Shown here: positions 18,440 through 27,919 of the stretch, one piece after another | Position numbering within the stretch: position 1 is the stretch's first letter | How the letters are laid out: each line of letters begins with the position of its first letter | Origin: Candidatus Bathyarchaeia archaeon | GTDB taxonomy: Archaea; Thermoproteota; Bathyarchaeia; Bathyarchaeales; Bathycorpusculaceae | Direction of reading: 5' to 3' | Assembly (NCBI GenBank): GCA_038883655.1 | Contig: JAVZLQ010000001.1 | Span: 1 to 64,000 of the forward strand | DNA length: 64,000 nt | Notes under the pieces: generated by a model | Database searches by the model: none | What the model saw: the letters and a program-made list of their open reading frames with translations, nothing else | Told to the model about the DNA's origin: nothing | Position numbers and translations under genes: made by a program

Positions 18440-19423
18440 ATGAGGTTGCTTGTTACGGGTGGAGCAGGGTTTATTGGAAGCAATTTTGTCCATTACATAA
18501 CCAATAAATATCCTGACCATGAAGTTGTTGTTTTGGATAAGTTAACCTACGCTGGAAGAAAAGAGAATCTAAAAGGACTTTTGAATCGAATAACCTTCGT
18601 TAAGGGCGACATTAGTAAAAAAGAAGATGTGGAAAAAGTTGTAAAAGGATGCGATTTTATTGTAAACTTTGCCGCAGAAACGCACGTGGATCGAAGCATA
18701 ATTGAGGCGGGAACTTTTGTCCTAACGGATGTTCTCGGAACTTACAACCTGCTAGAAGCTTGCAGAAAATTTGAAGTAAAAAAGCTTGTGCAAATAAGTA
18801 CAGACGAAGTTTATGGGCACATTTTGAAAGGTAGTTTTAATGAAGAAGATAGGCTCTCTCCCAGAAACCCGTACGCCGCTTCAAAGGCTTCAGCAGATTT
18901 ACTTTGCAGATCCTTCTTTGAAACTTACAGCCTGCCCGTTGCAATCACAAGATCAACAAACAATTATGGTTACTATCAACATCCGGAAAAACTGATTCCT
19001 AAAACGATTATTTACGCTTTATTGAACAAAAAAATTCCAGTTTATGGTGAAGGAAAAAACGTTAGAGACTGGATTTTCGTCGAGGACAATTGCGAGGCTA
19101 TAGATTTGGTTCTACATCACGGTGAGAACGGAGAAATTTATAACATTGCTGGGAAACAAGAGCTGGAAAACATCCAAGTCGTCAAAACCATCCTAAAAAT
19201 CATGGGTAAACCTGAAAGCCTGATCCAATTCGTCAAAGATAGACCTGGTCACGACCTACGTTATTCATTGGATGTTTCAAAAATTGAAAAACTTGGTTGG
19301 AAACCAAAAACCAGATTTGAGGAAGGAATAAGAAAAACAATTGAATGGTATAAGGCAAATGAATGGTGGTGGAAGCCTATAATTGAAAGACAAAAAATTG
19401 ATTTTTATCAGAAATTCACATAA
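18440..19423 (+). CDS. rmlB: dTDP-glucose 4,6-dehydratase
   Basis: TGGAGFIGSNF, DKLTYAG, AAETHVDRS, STDEVYG, YAASK, DRPGHD. Confidence 0.96.
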   Translation: MRLLVTGGAGFIGSNFVHYITNKYPDHEVVVLDKLTYAGRKENLKGLLNRITFVKGDISKKEDVEKVVKGCDFIVNFAAETHVDRSIIEAGTFVLTDVLGTYNLLEACRKFEVKKLVQISTDEVYGHILKGSFNEEDRLSPRNPYAASKASADLLCRSFFETYSLPVAITRSTNNYGYYQHPEKLIPKTIIYALLNKKIPVYGEGKNVRDWIFVEDNCEAIDLVLHHGENGEIYNIAGKQELENIQVVKTILKIMGKPESLIQFVKDRPGHDLRYSLDVSKIEKLGWKPKTRFEEGIRKTIEWYKANEWWWKPIIERQKIDFYQKFT

Positions 19424-19481
19424 TCTTTGCGGAGCAAGAAACCGATTAGACAATGAAACAAATGTTTAGGTTGACAAGGTC

Positions 19482-20336
19482 ATGAAAATAATCGTTATAG
19501 GCTCAACTGGTCAACTCGGCACCGACCTCATGAAAGTTTTAAAGTCAAAACACGAAACCATAGGTTTAACACATAAAGAAATTGAGGTGACAGACTACAA
19601 AAGTTGCCAAATCATAAAAGATTTTCGCCCTGACGTGGTAATAAACACTGCTGCATTCATTAAAGTTGACCAATGCGAAGAAGAACCACTAAAAACTTTT
19701 GCAGTCAACACTGTTGGCGCAAAAAATATAACCGAAGTGTCGAAAGAGGTTAAAGCGACAACAGTTTTCATAAGCACAGACTACGTGTTTGACGGATCCA
19801 AAAGTGAACCGTACACGGAAGAGGATGTCCCAAATCCAATTAACACCTATGGAATTTCAAAGTTAGCTGGGGAATTCTGCACAAAACAAAATCCTAAACA
19901 CTACGTCATTCGCGTTGCGAGCTTATTCGGTGTTGCTGGAGCAAGCGGTAAAGGCGGAAACTTCATTGAAACAATGATTGCAAAAGCAAAAGCAAACGAG
20001 CCCATAAAAGTCGTTGACGACATGTGGATGTCTCCTACATACACAAGAGACGCTGCAGAAACAATCAAAAAAATATTAGAATTGAATGTCCCGTACGGGA
20101 TTTACCATGCAACCAACAGCGGCTACTGCTCATGGTTCGAATTCGCCAAAGAAATCTTCAAGATAACTGGCTTGAACCCAAACCTGACGCCAACAAAAAC
20201 TGAGCAATTACAAATGAAGGCAAAGAGACCTCGATTTTCAGCATTAAAAAGCACAAAACTTCCAAGGTATGGAATATTAATGCGCAGCTGGAAAGAAGCT
20301 CTTCGCGAATATTTAGCCGAAAAAGGACACGTATAA
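19482..20336 (+). CDS. rmlD: dTDP-4-dehydrorhamnose reductase
   Basis: GSTGQLG, STDYVFDG, YGISKLAGE, AKRPRFS. Confidence 0.95.
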   Translation: MKIIVIGSTGQLGTDLMKVLKSKHETIGLTHKEIEVTDYKSCQIIKDFRPDVVINTAAFIKVDQCEEEPLKTFAVNTVGAKNITEVSKEVKATTVFISTDYVFDGSKSEPYTEEDVPNPINTYGISKLAGEFCTKQNPKHYVIRVASLFGVAGASGKGGNFIETMIAKAKANEPIKVVDDMWMSPTYTRDAAETIKKILELNVPYGIYHATNSGYCSWFEFAKEIFKITGLNPNLTPTKTEQLQMKAKRPRFSALKSTKLPRYGILMRSWKEALREYLAEKGHV

Positions 20337-20341
20337 CCGCG

Positions 20342-21286
20342 GTGAAACGCTTGCACATAGCCCAGATTGGAACTGGACGTGTGGGAAGACCAACAATTTA
20401 TACAATAATGTGTGCAGGACTAGCGGACACGATAACTGTGTGTGACACAAAGCCGGGACTTGCGGCAGCCTTTGCGGAAGAGTTGAAGCATGTTACAGCG
20501 AGTTTGGAAATTAATGTTGAAATAAACTCTTGTGAACGTGACGAAGACGTTTGCAACGCGGATATAATTCTAATATCTGCTGGTAAGCCTAGGGCTCCAG
20601 GCGTAAAAATGAGCAGACGAGATTTAGCCATGCAAAACGCAGAGATAGTGAAGTACATTGCCGAAGTCACAGCTCCAAGAAACCCCGGTGCAAAATACGT
20701 TGTAATCACAAACCCCGTTGATGCCATGGCGATGATTTGTAAAAAATATTCAAAAGCGGAATTCGTTATCAGCACTGGAACAAACCTTGAATCTTTAAGG
20801 TTTAGATCTAAACTGGCGGAAACGTTGAAAGTGCCCATCTCAGACGTTCGGGGGTGGGTCGGCGGGGAACATGGCGACGCCGCGGTAATTTTATGGTCAA
20901 CGGTGAAAATCGGCAATACACTACTGGACGAGTATGTTCGTTCAAAAAATGAAGAGTTGAACAAGAATGAAATAGAGATTTACATGAAGTCTGTGTCGAA
21001 GATGATAATAGACAACATTGGCGGAACAGAGTATGGTCCAGCTGCTTCATTTAGAGATATCATAAGGGCTATGGTAAAAGATACTGGCGAAATCTTGTCC
21101 ATTGCCACACCAATGAAGTTTGAAGGAATACCGGAACCAGTTTTTGTTGGGGCACCCGTCAAGCTTGGAAGAAGTATCGGTGAGTCCTTGTATGGTAAGC
21201 TTTCTGAAACTGAAAGAAAGGCCATAGCTGATGCTGCAAAGGCGATTTACCAAACATATCTTATGTCAATTGAGAATTTTAGGTAG
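20342..21286 (+). CDS. Malate/lactate dehydrogenase family protein
   Basis: IGTGRVG, SAGKPRAPG..SRRDL, ITNPVD, GGEHGD; Arg in the specificity loop favours an MDH-like enzyme. Confidence 0.85.
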   Translation: MKRLHIAQIGTGRVGRPTIYTIMCAGLADTITVCDTKPGLAAAFAEELKHVTASLEINVEINSCERDEDVCNADIILISAGKPRAPGVKMSRRDLAMQNAEIVKYIAEVTAPRNPGAKYVVITNPVDAMAMICKKYSKAEFVISTGTNLESLRFRSKLAETLKVPISDVRGWVGGEHGDAAVILWSTVKIGNTLLDEYVRSKNEELNKNEIEIYMKSVSKMIIDNIGGTEYGPAASFRDIIRAMVKDTGEILSIATPMKFEGIPEPVFVGAPVKLGRSIGESLYGKLSETERKAIADAAKAIYQTYLMSIENFR

Positions 21287-21350
21287 GAAAAGCACTCACA
21301 TTTTAAATATTTTACATGAATACATTTTTGTGGAACGGCAAAGGAGAAAA

Positions 21351-22835
21351 ATGCTGACGATTAGGATAGATGTTGACTATCCTTATCCTTCGAGGGTAAG
21401 AAGCTTCATCTACACAGCCTTCGGCATAAAATTTGGAAACGATTACCTTAAAAACTCCAAGATAATTGCAAAGATGATTAATGAATCGCCAAAGGATGTA
21501 AAGGCATACTGGTTTTTCACACCAAAGACTGTTCCAGACAAGGAAATGTTAAAATTGCTTGATAATAGCAGACACGAAGTTGCATTGCATGTGGCAAACA
21601 ATCCATATGAGGAAATGAGGCTTCTGGAAGAAAAAACTGGGAGAAAAATAAACTATTACACGGTTCACGGAACAGCACGCTTCTTTGCCAGAATGATGTG
21701 GAAAAGATGGAAGTACAAAGCACCGCCGATTCCCAAAAACTTTCCACTACAATCATTTTACCAGTTCAAAACATTAGGTTTAGATGTTATATGTCATGCT
21801 TATCCTTCGAAACAAGCTACAAAAATTGCGGAAAAGGCGATTTCAAGCGGGCACGTCCTACATATCCATCCAATATGGCTTTTTCAAAGAGGAAAAATAA
21901 ATTATAGAGGACCCTTCTATGAGACGCTGAGGAGAATTTTGGAAGTGGACAAGGAGTTCGAGACTTTAACATTACGCAGAAAAGTGTTCTTAACTATAGC
22001 TAGAGATAACAAGGAGTACGAGATGGACATCATTCCAACAGAGGAATTTTTACAAAAACTAAAGCAACGCGGCGTTGACATATTCACTTTTATAGAACGG
22101 AAGTGGTGTTCAGAGATTCCAAATCCACCAGATTGGTGGGTTAGAGCGGAGGACAACGTGGGACTTCTTAGGGTTTTTTCGTATGAAAAGTGGCTTAAAA
22201 ATGTTGTGAAACGTACAAGGCATAACATGGTTCGCAAAGCAGAGAAAAGTGGAATAAAAACAGTTGTTGTTGAGCCTGATGAAAAGTTTATTGAGGGTGT
22301 CTGGCGAATTTATAATGAAACGCCAATAAGGCAAAATAGAGCCTTTCCGCATTACGGTATATCCCTGGAGGCAGTGAGAGAAGGGATACTTTCAGCTGCA
22401 AACTGCACTTTCATGGGCGCATATCTACAAGACGAATTGGTGGGATTTGTACAGTTGGCTCAAGGCGACAACATTGCAATTTTGGCTCAACTGCTCTCAA
22501 TGCAAAAACACTTTGATAAAGCCGTAAACAACGCCCTGATAGCGAAGGCTGTGGAAGTGTGCGAACAAAAGGGAATAAAATGGCTTATGTATGGGAGAAT
22601 GGAAACTGCACATCCGTCACTTGACCGCTTCAAGATAAACAACGGCTTTTCTAAATTTCCAGTAACTAGGTTCTACGTTCCCTTGACAAGGAAGGGAAAG
22701 ATTGCAATAAAACTAGGGCTGCACAGAGATTTGAAGGATGCCCTTCCAAGACCAATTAGGTATGCGCTTTTGCCATTTTACTGCTGGGCAAGCAGAACCA
22801 AAATGCGAATTAAATTAATGCTTAAAGGAGATTAA
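21351..22835 (+). CDS. Fusion of a polysaccharide-deacetylase-like domain and a FemAB/GNAT-like acyltransferase domain
   Basis: N-term RIDVD, HEVALH, VHG, LHIHP; C-term NMVRKAEKSG, IYNETPIRQ, NNALIAKAV, LDRFKINNGF; start at MLTIRID after AGGAG. Confidence 0.6.
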   Translation: MLTIRIDVDYPYPSRVRSFIYTAFGIKFGNDYLKNSKIIAKMINESPKDVKAYWFFTPKTVPDKEMLKLLDNSRHEVALHVANNPYEEMRLLEEKTGRKINYYTVHGTARFFARMMWKRWKYKAPPIPKNFPLQSFYQFKTLGLDVICHAYPSKQATKIAEKAISSGHVLHIHPIWLFQRGKINYRGPFYETLRRILEVDKEFETLTLRRKVFLTIARDNKEYEMDIIPTEEFLQKLKQRGVDIFTFIERKWCSEIPNPPDWWVRAEDNVGLLRVFSYEKWLKNVVKRTRHNMVRKAEKSGIKTVVVEPDEKFIEGVWRIYNETPIRQNRAFPHYGISLEAVREGILSAANCTFMGAYLQDELVGFVQLAQGDNIAILAQLLSMQKHFDKAVNNALIAKAVEVCEQKGIKWLMYGRMETAHPSLDRFKINNGFSKFPVTRFYVPLTRKGKIAIKLGLHRDLKDALPRPIRYALLPFYCWASRTKMRIKLMLKGD

Positions 22836-22840
22836 AGCAC

Positions 22841-23524
22841 GTGGCTGAACTGGAGGAGACCTACTGGGAGAAGAAGAACAGAACCAGAATGGGCATTTAT
22901 ATAACAAACGTTGAAATGCAGTTTATCTTTGATTCCAAGAGTTTAAAGAAAGGTGGTCTAGCTGTTGATGTTGGTGCTGGCGCGGGACGTTTCTCTCTCC
23001 CAGCAGCGGAAATCATGAATGTGGCGGCTGTAGACTTGGATTTACATGCGCTTAAGAGGTTGAAGTTCAAAAATCGGGATGTTGAGGTTATTCTGGCAGA
23101 TGCAAGGTTTATGCCGCTAAAAAATGGTGTAACCGACGATGTGATAATGATTGAGCTGTTGGACTGTGTTGCAGAGTCGGAAGCAATCATATCCGAGTGT
23201 TCAAGGATTCTCAAAGACAACGGAGCAATTTTTCTTTCATTTGGAAATAAGTCCAGTATAAAAGGAAAAATTAAGAAACTCGTTGGAAAGCCTTATCTTC
23301 ATTCTTACAAGGAAATTTTAGGCATTCTAAAATCTAAGAAGTTTAAGATTGTTAAGAAGATGGGCTTCAATTGGGTGCCGTTTGGCCGTGTATCCGACAA
23401 TCCTTTGGTGCCTCTTTTTGCCAAAGGCGAAAGAATTTTTGGGTTAAGAAAGCTTGTGAGATTCAGCCCATGGGTGATAATTCATGCAATTAAAACTGCT
23501 GAACAAAACCATAAAGCAAAATAA
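22841..23524 (+). CDS. Class I SAM-dependent methyltransferase
   Basis: VDVGAGAGR, ADARFMP, RILKDNG. Confidence 0.85.
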   Translation: MAELEETYWEKKNRTRMGIYITNVEMQFIFDSKSLKKGGLAVDVGAGAGRFSLPAAEIMNVAAVDLDLHALKRLKFKNRDVEVILADARFMPLKNGVTDDVIMIELLDCVAESEAIISECSRILKDNGAIFLSFGNKSSIKGKIKKLVGKPYLHSYKEILGILKSKKFKIVKKMGFNWVPFGRVSDNPLVPLFAKGERIFGLRKLVRFSPWVIIHAIKTAEQNHKAK

Positions 23525-23566
23525 TCAAGCTCATAAACAATTGACATCGATTGCGAAGGTATCCAT

Positions 23567-25069
23567 GTGGCTAGGCGAAAGATTGCTTTACAGTATTCTG
23601 GGTTTGTGGTCTTTGCATCCAGGCTTGTTAGTGTGATTACGGGACTTGCCTTTAACTTAATGGTGGCACGTTCCGCGATAATAACTCCAACAATTGATGA
23701 ATATGGCGTATGGGGAAACCTTTACCAGATTTTGCTGCCCTATTTCACTTTGGTTTCTGGGGTTATCCCTTTTTGGACAATGCGTTTTGTAGCTAGAGGT
23801 AAAGAAGGTGCCGTAAAAACTGGCGTGTTCGCTAACACGCTTTTGGCGGTTGCTGCGGCAGTTATTTATCTCTCTCTAATTCCTCTGCTCACTTCTTTTT
23901 TCAAGGCGGAAGCCTACACACTTGTTTATGCCATTGCGGCGTTGCAAATTATTGAAATGTATTTGATAAGTGTTTTAGAATTTTGCCTACAGGCTCAGCA
24001 ACCACAGTATGTAGGCTACGGTTTTATCGTTGGAGACACGTGCAGAGTCTTCCTTGGTTTAATCTTTATGATTGTTCTTCAACAACGGCTTTTGGGTGCA
24101 ATTTTAAGTATCGTGATTGCGCTCGCCCTTAAAGTAATATTCTACTTCAAGGTGCTAATAATCGAGTTTAAACAAAAAATAAACTTTAATTATATAAGGG
24201 AATGGTTGAAAGGTTCGGCTTTCAATCTGTACAACATCTTGGGCGACAGAATAGCCACCTCAGTTTTTCTTATGATGTCCCATTATGGCGGGCAACAAGC
24301 ACAAGGCTATTACACAGCTTCAACGCTTGTGGCAACTGTTGTGACATATTCCTCTTTTTTGGCGTTTGCGTTGTATCCAAAACTTTTGGCAGAAAATAAC
24401 CTAGAAGATGCCACAACCTCGCTCAAAATGGTTTTGATGTTTGCAGTTCCAATGGCCGCTGGGGTTATAGGGTTGGCGGATTCCTACCTCATCATACAAG
24501 ATGTTAGTTATGCTGTTGCCGAACCAATTATAATAACTTTAGCGGTTGATGCTTTAGTTATTACATTGTCGTCCATCTACTATTATGTTCTTCTCGGGAT
24601 TGAGAAGGTGGATGAGAAGGCAGAGATTCCGTTTAGGCAAGTTGCTAAAAGCAAGCTTTTCATTGTTTTTTCGCTGCCATATGCGCATTCGGCGATAACA
24701 TTGCCGACAACATTTTATGTCATAAACAATTTTGCGCAAAACAATCCGCTGCTCATAACAACATCCGTCGTGTTGATTAACACAATGGCACATCTAGCCA
24801 TGTTCATAGTTCTTTATGCAATTGTACGCGGAGCCGCCAAGGTTATAGTACCATACAAAAATATCGCCAAATACATATTTGCTTCTGCTGTTATGGCAAT
24901 CATCTTGCGTTTAATTCCGCATCCAACAACAATAATGCTCACGTTGATTGTAACAGCTGTCGGCGGAATAATTTATATGTCAATTTTGTTGGCAATTGAT
25001 GCGGAAACCCGCACTTTAGCCTTCACAATTTTCAGAGAATTTAAAAAGAGGATGCTTAGGGAAGCCTAG
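23567..25069 (+). CDS. Polysaccharide/oligosaccharide flippase-like (MOP superfamily) membrane protein
   Basis: 500 aa with many hydrophobic segments, EYGVW and QGYY loop motifs; last gene of the glycan locus. Confidence 0.75.
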   Translation: MARRKIALQYSGFVVFASRLVSVITGLAFNLMVARSAIITPTIDEYGVWGNLYQILLPYFTLVSGVIPFWTMRFVARGKEGAVKTGVFANTLLAVAAAVIYLSLIPLLTSFFKAEAYTLVYAIAALQIIEMYLISVLEFCLQAQQPQYVGYGFIVGDTCRVFLGLIFMIVLQQRLLGAILSIVIALALKVIFYFKVLIIEFKQKINFNYIREWLKGSAFNLYNILGDRIATSVFLMMSHYGGQQAQGYYTASTLVATVVTYSSFLAFALYPKLLAENNLEDATTSLKMVLMFAVPMAAGVIGLADSYLIIQDVSYAVAEPIIITLAVDALVITLSSIYYYVLLGIEKVDEKAEIPFRQVAKSKLFIVFSLPYAHSAITLPTTFYVINNFAQNNPLLITTSVVLINTMAHLAMFIVLYAIVRGAAKVIVPYKNIAKYIFASAVMAIILRLIPHPTTIMLTLIVTAVGGIIYMSILLAIDAETRTLAFTIFREFKKRMLREA

Positions 25070-25947
25070 GCTTCCTTGCTCCATAGTTCGCCGAAGAGTG
25101 TTTTGAAAGCCTTTACAAAAGCATCATAGTTTGTCCACAGTGCCGCAATGCGTTTCTTCCCATTGTTTTTCCTGATGAATAGAAGCAGCTGTTCATTGTC
25201 CGCTAGTATAAATGTTGGCAAGTCTTCAGCGTCTGAAAGTGAATACTTCGCCTTTTTCAGCTTTATTTTTTCGATAAAGAAACAGCTTTTTGGAGAATAG
25301 TTGGTTAGCAATTGAACATTTATGCTGTCCTTTGATTTTCTTTCAAGCTTGTCTAAAAGCCCAGAATGGTAAAAGTTCGGTATGTCGTGCTCTGACGTAA
25401 AAACAAATATTTCCGTGGAGGAGTTGCTTACAATCTCATCCGCTTTTAGGCTTATCTGCTCTTCCCCTTCAAGTATTTGAAAAACTTCTTTCCTCTCATT
25501 CTCGGTTTCTGGTTTTGGAAGAGCCAACCACAAGTCTACTAGGCTTTTCTTCCTCTTTTCCAAGAGACTTATTTTCATCTTCTTCGTCTCTATGAGTATG
25601 TCCAAAGCTTTCTCAAATGGTGTGGCTATGAATTTTAGTGGTTTCTCAAAGACGGATGAAACAAGCCCTCTTTTCTCCAAATCACGCAATATCCTATAAG
25701 TCTCAGTTCTGTGAAGTGATAAAGCCTCGGAAATTTCGCTTGCCTTGTGCTCACCAGTTCGTGCAATGTAAATGTAAACTTTGACCTCGTTCTTTGAAAG
25801 TCCGAGCCTGTGTAGTGTTTTCTCGATGGTTTCCATGGCTTTGGATGGTCCAGCGTCTGTTTTTACGAATCTCCATAAGCCCGTTGTTTCGTCATAGAGC
25901 CTCATAATGTTTTCGGGTTTTTCTATTGACAATTCCATTTGTACCAC
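25066..25947 (-). CDS. TrmB-family transcriptional regulator
   Basis: LGLSKNEVKVY...EISEALSLHRTETYRILRDLEKRGLV wHTH plus PLD-like effector domain. Confidence 0.88.
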   Translation of the reverse strand: MVQMELSIEKPENIMRLYDETTGLWRFVKTDAGPSKAMETIEKTLHRLGLSKNEVKVYIYIARTGEHKASEISEALSLHRTETYRILRDLEKRGLVSSVFEKPLKFIATPFEKALDILIETKKMKISLLEKRKKSLVDLWLALPKPETENERKEVFQILEGEEQISLKADEIVSNSSTEIFVFTSEHDIPNFYHSGLLDKLERKSKDSINVQLLTNYSPKSCFFIEKIKLKKAKYSLSDAEDLPTFILADNEQLLLFIRKNNGKKRIAALWTNYDAFVKAFKTLFGELWSKEA

Positions 25948-25968
25948 TCTGTAGCCTTGCTCCTCTTG

Positions 25969-26023
25969 TCTGATTCAGAATTCGAATCGGCTTTCGCCAT
26001 ATTTTATACTTCTGAATTTCAGA
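25969..26023. promoter_or_regulatory. Two related palindromes in the divergent promoter region (candidate operators)
   Basis: TCTGA-T-TCAGA (25969-25979) and TCTGA-ATT-TCAGA (26011-26023). Confidence 0.45.
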
Positions 26024-26083
26024 TATAGATTAGAAATCAACATTCAAAAATGCTTTAAACAAAACTTAACAGAAATAATAAAA

Positions 26084-26575
26084 TTGCGGAGAGGAGAAAG
26101 GATGCAAAGCAAGCCATGCTTAAGCATAAGCCTCAAAAGTTTTCTACTTCCAAAAAACAATCATTGGATGAAAAGGATAATGCTCATATTTGGCTTCATC
26201 GCTTTCGACTATTTGTCAACATTAGTATTTTGTCGCGCCTCACATGAAGAGGCGAACCCCTACGCTAGAATTTTCATGGAAAACTTTGGTATACCAGCTG
26301 GTCTAACGCTATTCGTTTTCGTTATAAACATACCAGTCTACGCACTGCTAAGCTTTAATTCGCATGTTGTTAGACTTCCGCCGAAAATTGCTTCCGGCGT
26401 GGAGACATGTGTTGATTTTGCCTTTGCTTGGTTTATCGCTGGGCTACATTTTCATGGAGGGACAAGCTGGTTTTGGCAAGCACCAGACATTATCAGGCAA
26501 GTGTTCGGCGCTTTGATTTATATTGTTTTAGCTTTTCTGGTGGTTAGACCGCACAAGCCACATTATGACGAGTAA
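26084..26575 (+). CDS. Small membrane protein (DUF5658-like), start uncertain
   Basis: About four hydrophobic helices; D..ST...EANP motif. Confidence 0.65.
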   Translation: MRRGERMQSKPCLSISLKSFLLPKNNHWMKRIMLIFGFIAFDYLSTLVFCRASHEEANPYARIFMENFGIPAGLTLFVFVINIPVYALLSFNSHVVRLPPKIASGVETCVDFAFAWFIAGLHFHGGTSWFWQAPDIIRQVFGALIYIVLAFLVVRPHKPHYDE

Positions 26576-26675
26576 TCTAAATTTAGTGCGTAACAGTTGG
26601 CAACATACTAACCCTATTATCTTGAGCGCGGCTGATTGTTGTTTGGTTCAGTTTAGTGAAGAATATAGAGGAAAG

Positions 26676-27350
26676 ATGTTTATGGCTGAAAAACCAGTTA
26701 AACCAAAAGTGAATGCTGAACAACAGACAAAGACGGAAAACCAAGACAATGAGGTGACTGAAGAAACTTACTTCTTTCATCCCATCCAAATTTCGGATGA
26801 AAGCGCTGAGGTTCTAAGCGAAGAGCAAATAGAAAAATCAAGGGTGGAAGTTGAACAGAAATTGCAAGAACTTTTTAAAACGATAAGTGAGGAAACACTT
26901 CAACTGAGTGAATTTTTAATGGAAGAGCACAACCTTGTACAGGAACTCTACAATTCGCTAAAACAAATTTTAAAGAAACTTAACGTTTCATTCAACATAC
27001 CACCAAAAAGTTTGCCATTGAAGAGGCAAATTAAAAAGGCAATTTTGAACGAGGAATGCCACCTAATAATAGTTCATGAAAGAGGTGAAGTTAACTCTGC
27101 CTCGCTTGCGGAGTATCCTCCAGAAATAGTCATGGCAGTTTTGTTGGCAATAATGCCCGAACTCGCAAAGGTAGTGATGCTTTATAGAAAGAAGATAAGT
27201 ACACGTGTCAACTTCTTTGGAAAAGTGAAGAAAGAACTGAAGAACATTGTCAAAGCTATAGCTGGTGGAAAGGAAACAGAGAAGAGCGTCGAGGAAGAGC
27301 AAACAATGGATGTTGTTAAAGAGGCAGTAACGGAAGGCGGTCAAGGTTAA
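26676..27350 (+). CDS. Hypothetical acidic/helical protein
   Basis: Long ORF, GAGG upstream of ATG at 26676/26682, coiled-coil-like segments. Confidence 0.7.
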   Translation: MFMAEKPVKPKVNAEQQTKTENQDNEVTEETYFFHPIQISDESAEVLSEEQIEKSRVEVEQKLQELFKTISEETLQLSEFLMEEHNLVQELYNSLKQILKKLNVSFNIPPKSLPLKRQIKKAILNEECHLIIVHERGEVNSASLAEYPPEIVMAVLLAIMPELAKVVMLYRKKISTRVNFFGKVKKELKNIVKAIAGGKETEKSVEEEQTMDVVKEAVTEGGQG

Positions 27351-27379
27351 GGACCATCATTTATGGAGGAGGGCAACCC

Positions 27380-27919
27380 TTGGATGGGTTTATGACTGAA
27401 ATTCGAACTTTTTATTCGCTTAAGGAAATTCGGGAGGCAATAGACGCGCAGATAAGCCAATACAAAATGTTACTTGAAGACTATAGTCAATGGTTAGGAA
27501 GTCTCTTAAGGAATCCAGAATCTATAAAGAATCAAGAGAAAGCCAAGAAAATTGCTGAGTTGCAGAAAGTTTTGAAAACTAGCGGCAGAAAAGGCGGCAA
27601 AAAAGAGGAAAAGAATGTGAGTTTTTCGTCAGATTGGGCGCAGTTTAAGGATCTGATGGTTTGCGCTGATGATGTTGGCGAGGCTGAAATATTGTTTGAG
27701 GCCACCGAGGAACTTAAGAGCAAAATTGAAAGGTTGGAGAAAGTGAAAAGTTCCATAATAGACCTTGAACGTTATGGATTGGGGAAAGATTTGCTTTTTG
27801 TAACCTTCATTCATGATGGTGTGCCAGAGAAAATAGTTTTTAAACCGAAGAAAGGCGTTGGTGCTGTGGAAAAGTTTGAGTTTGAAGCCAACTTCTCTAT
27901 TGTAGAACAGCCTAGCTAG
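27380..27919 (+). CDS. Hypothetical helical-hairpin/coiled-coil protein
   Basis: GGAGGAGGG SD; two long amphipathic helices; C-terminal DGVPEKIVF. Confidence 0.75.
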   Translation: MDGFMTEIRTFYSLKEIREAIDAQISQYKMLLEDYSQWLGSLLRNPESIKNQEKAKKIAELQKVLKTSGRKGGKKEEKNVSFSSDWAQFKDLMVCADDVGEAEILFEATEELKSKIERLEKVKSSIIDLERYGLGKDLLFVTFIHDGVPEKIVFKPKKGVGAVEKFEFEANFSIVEQPS

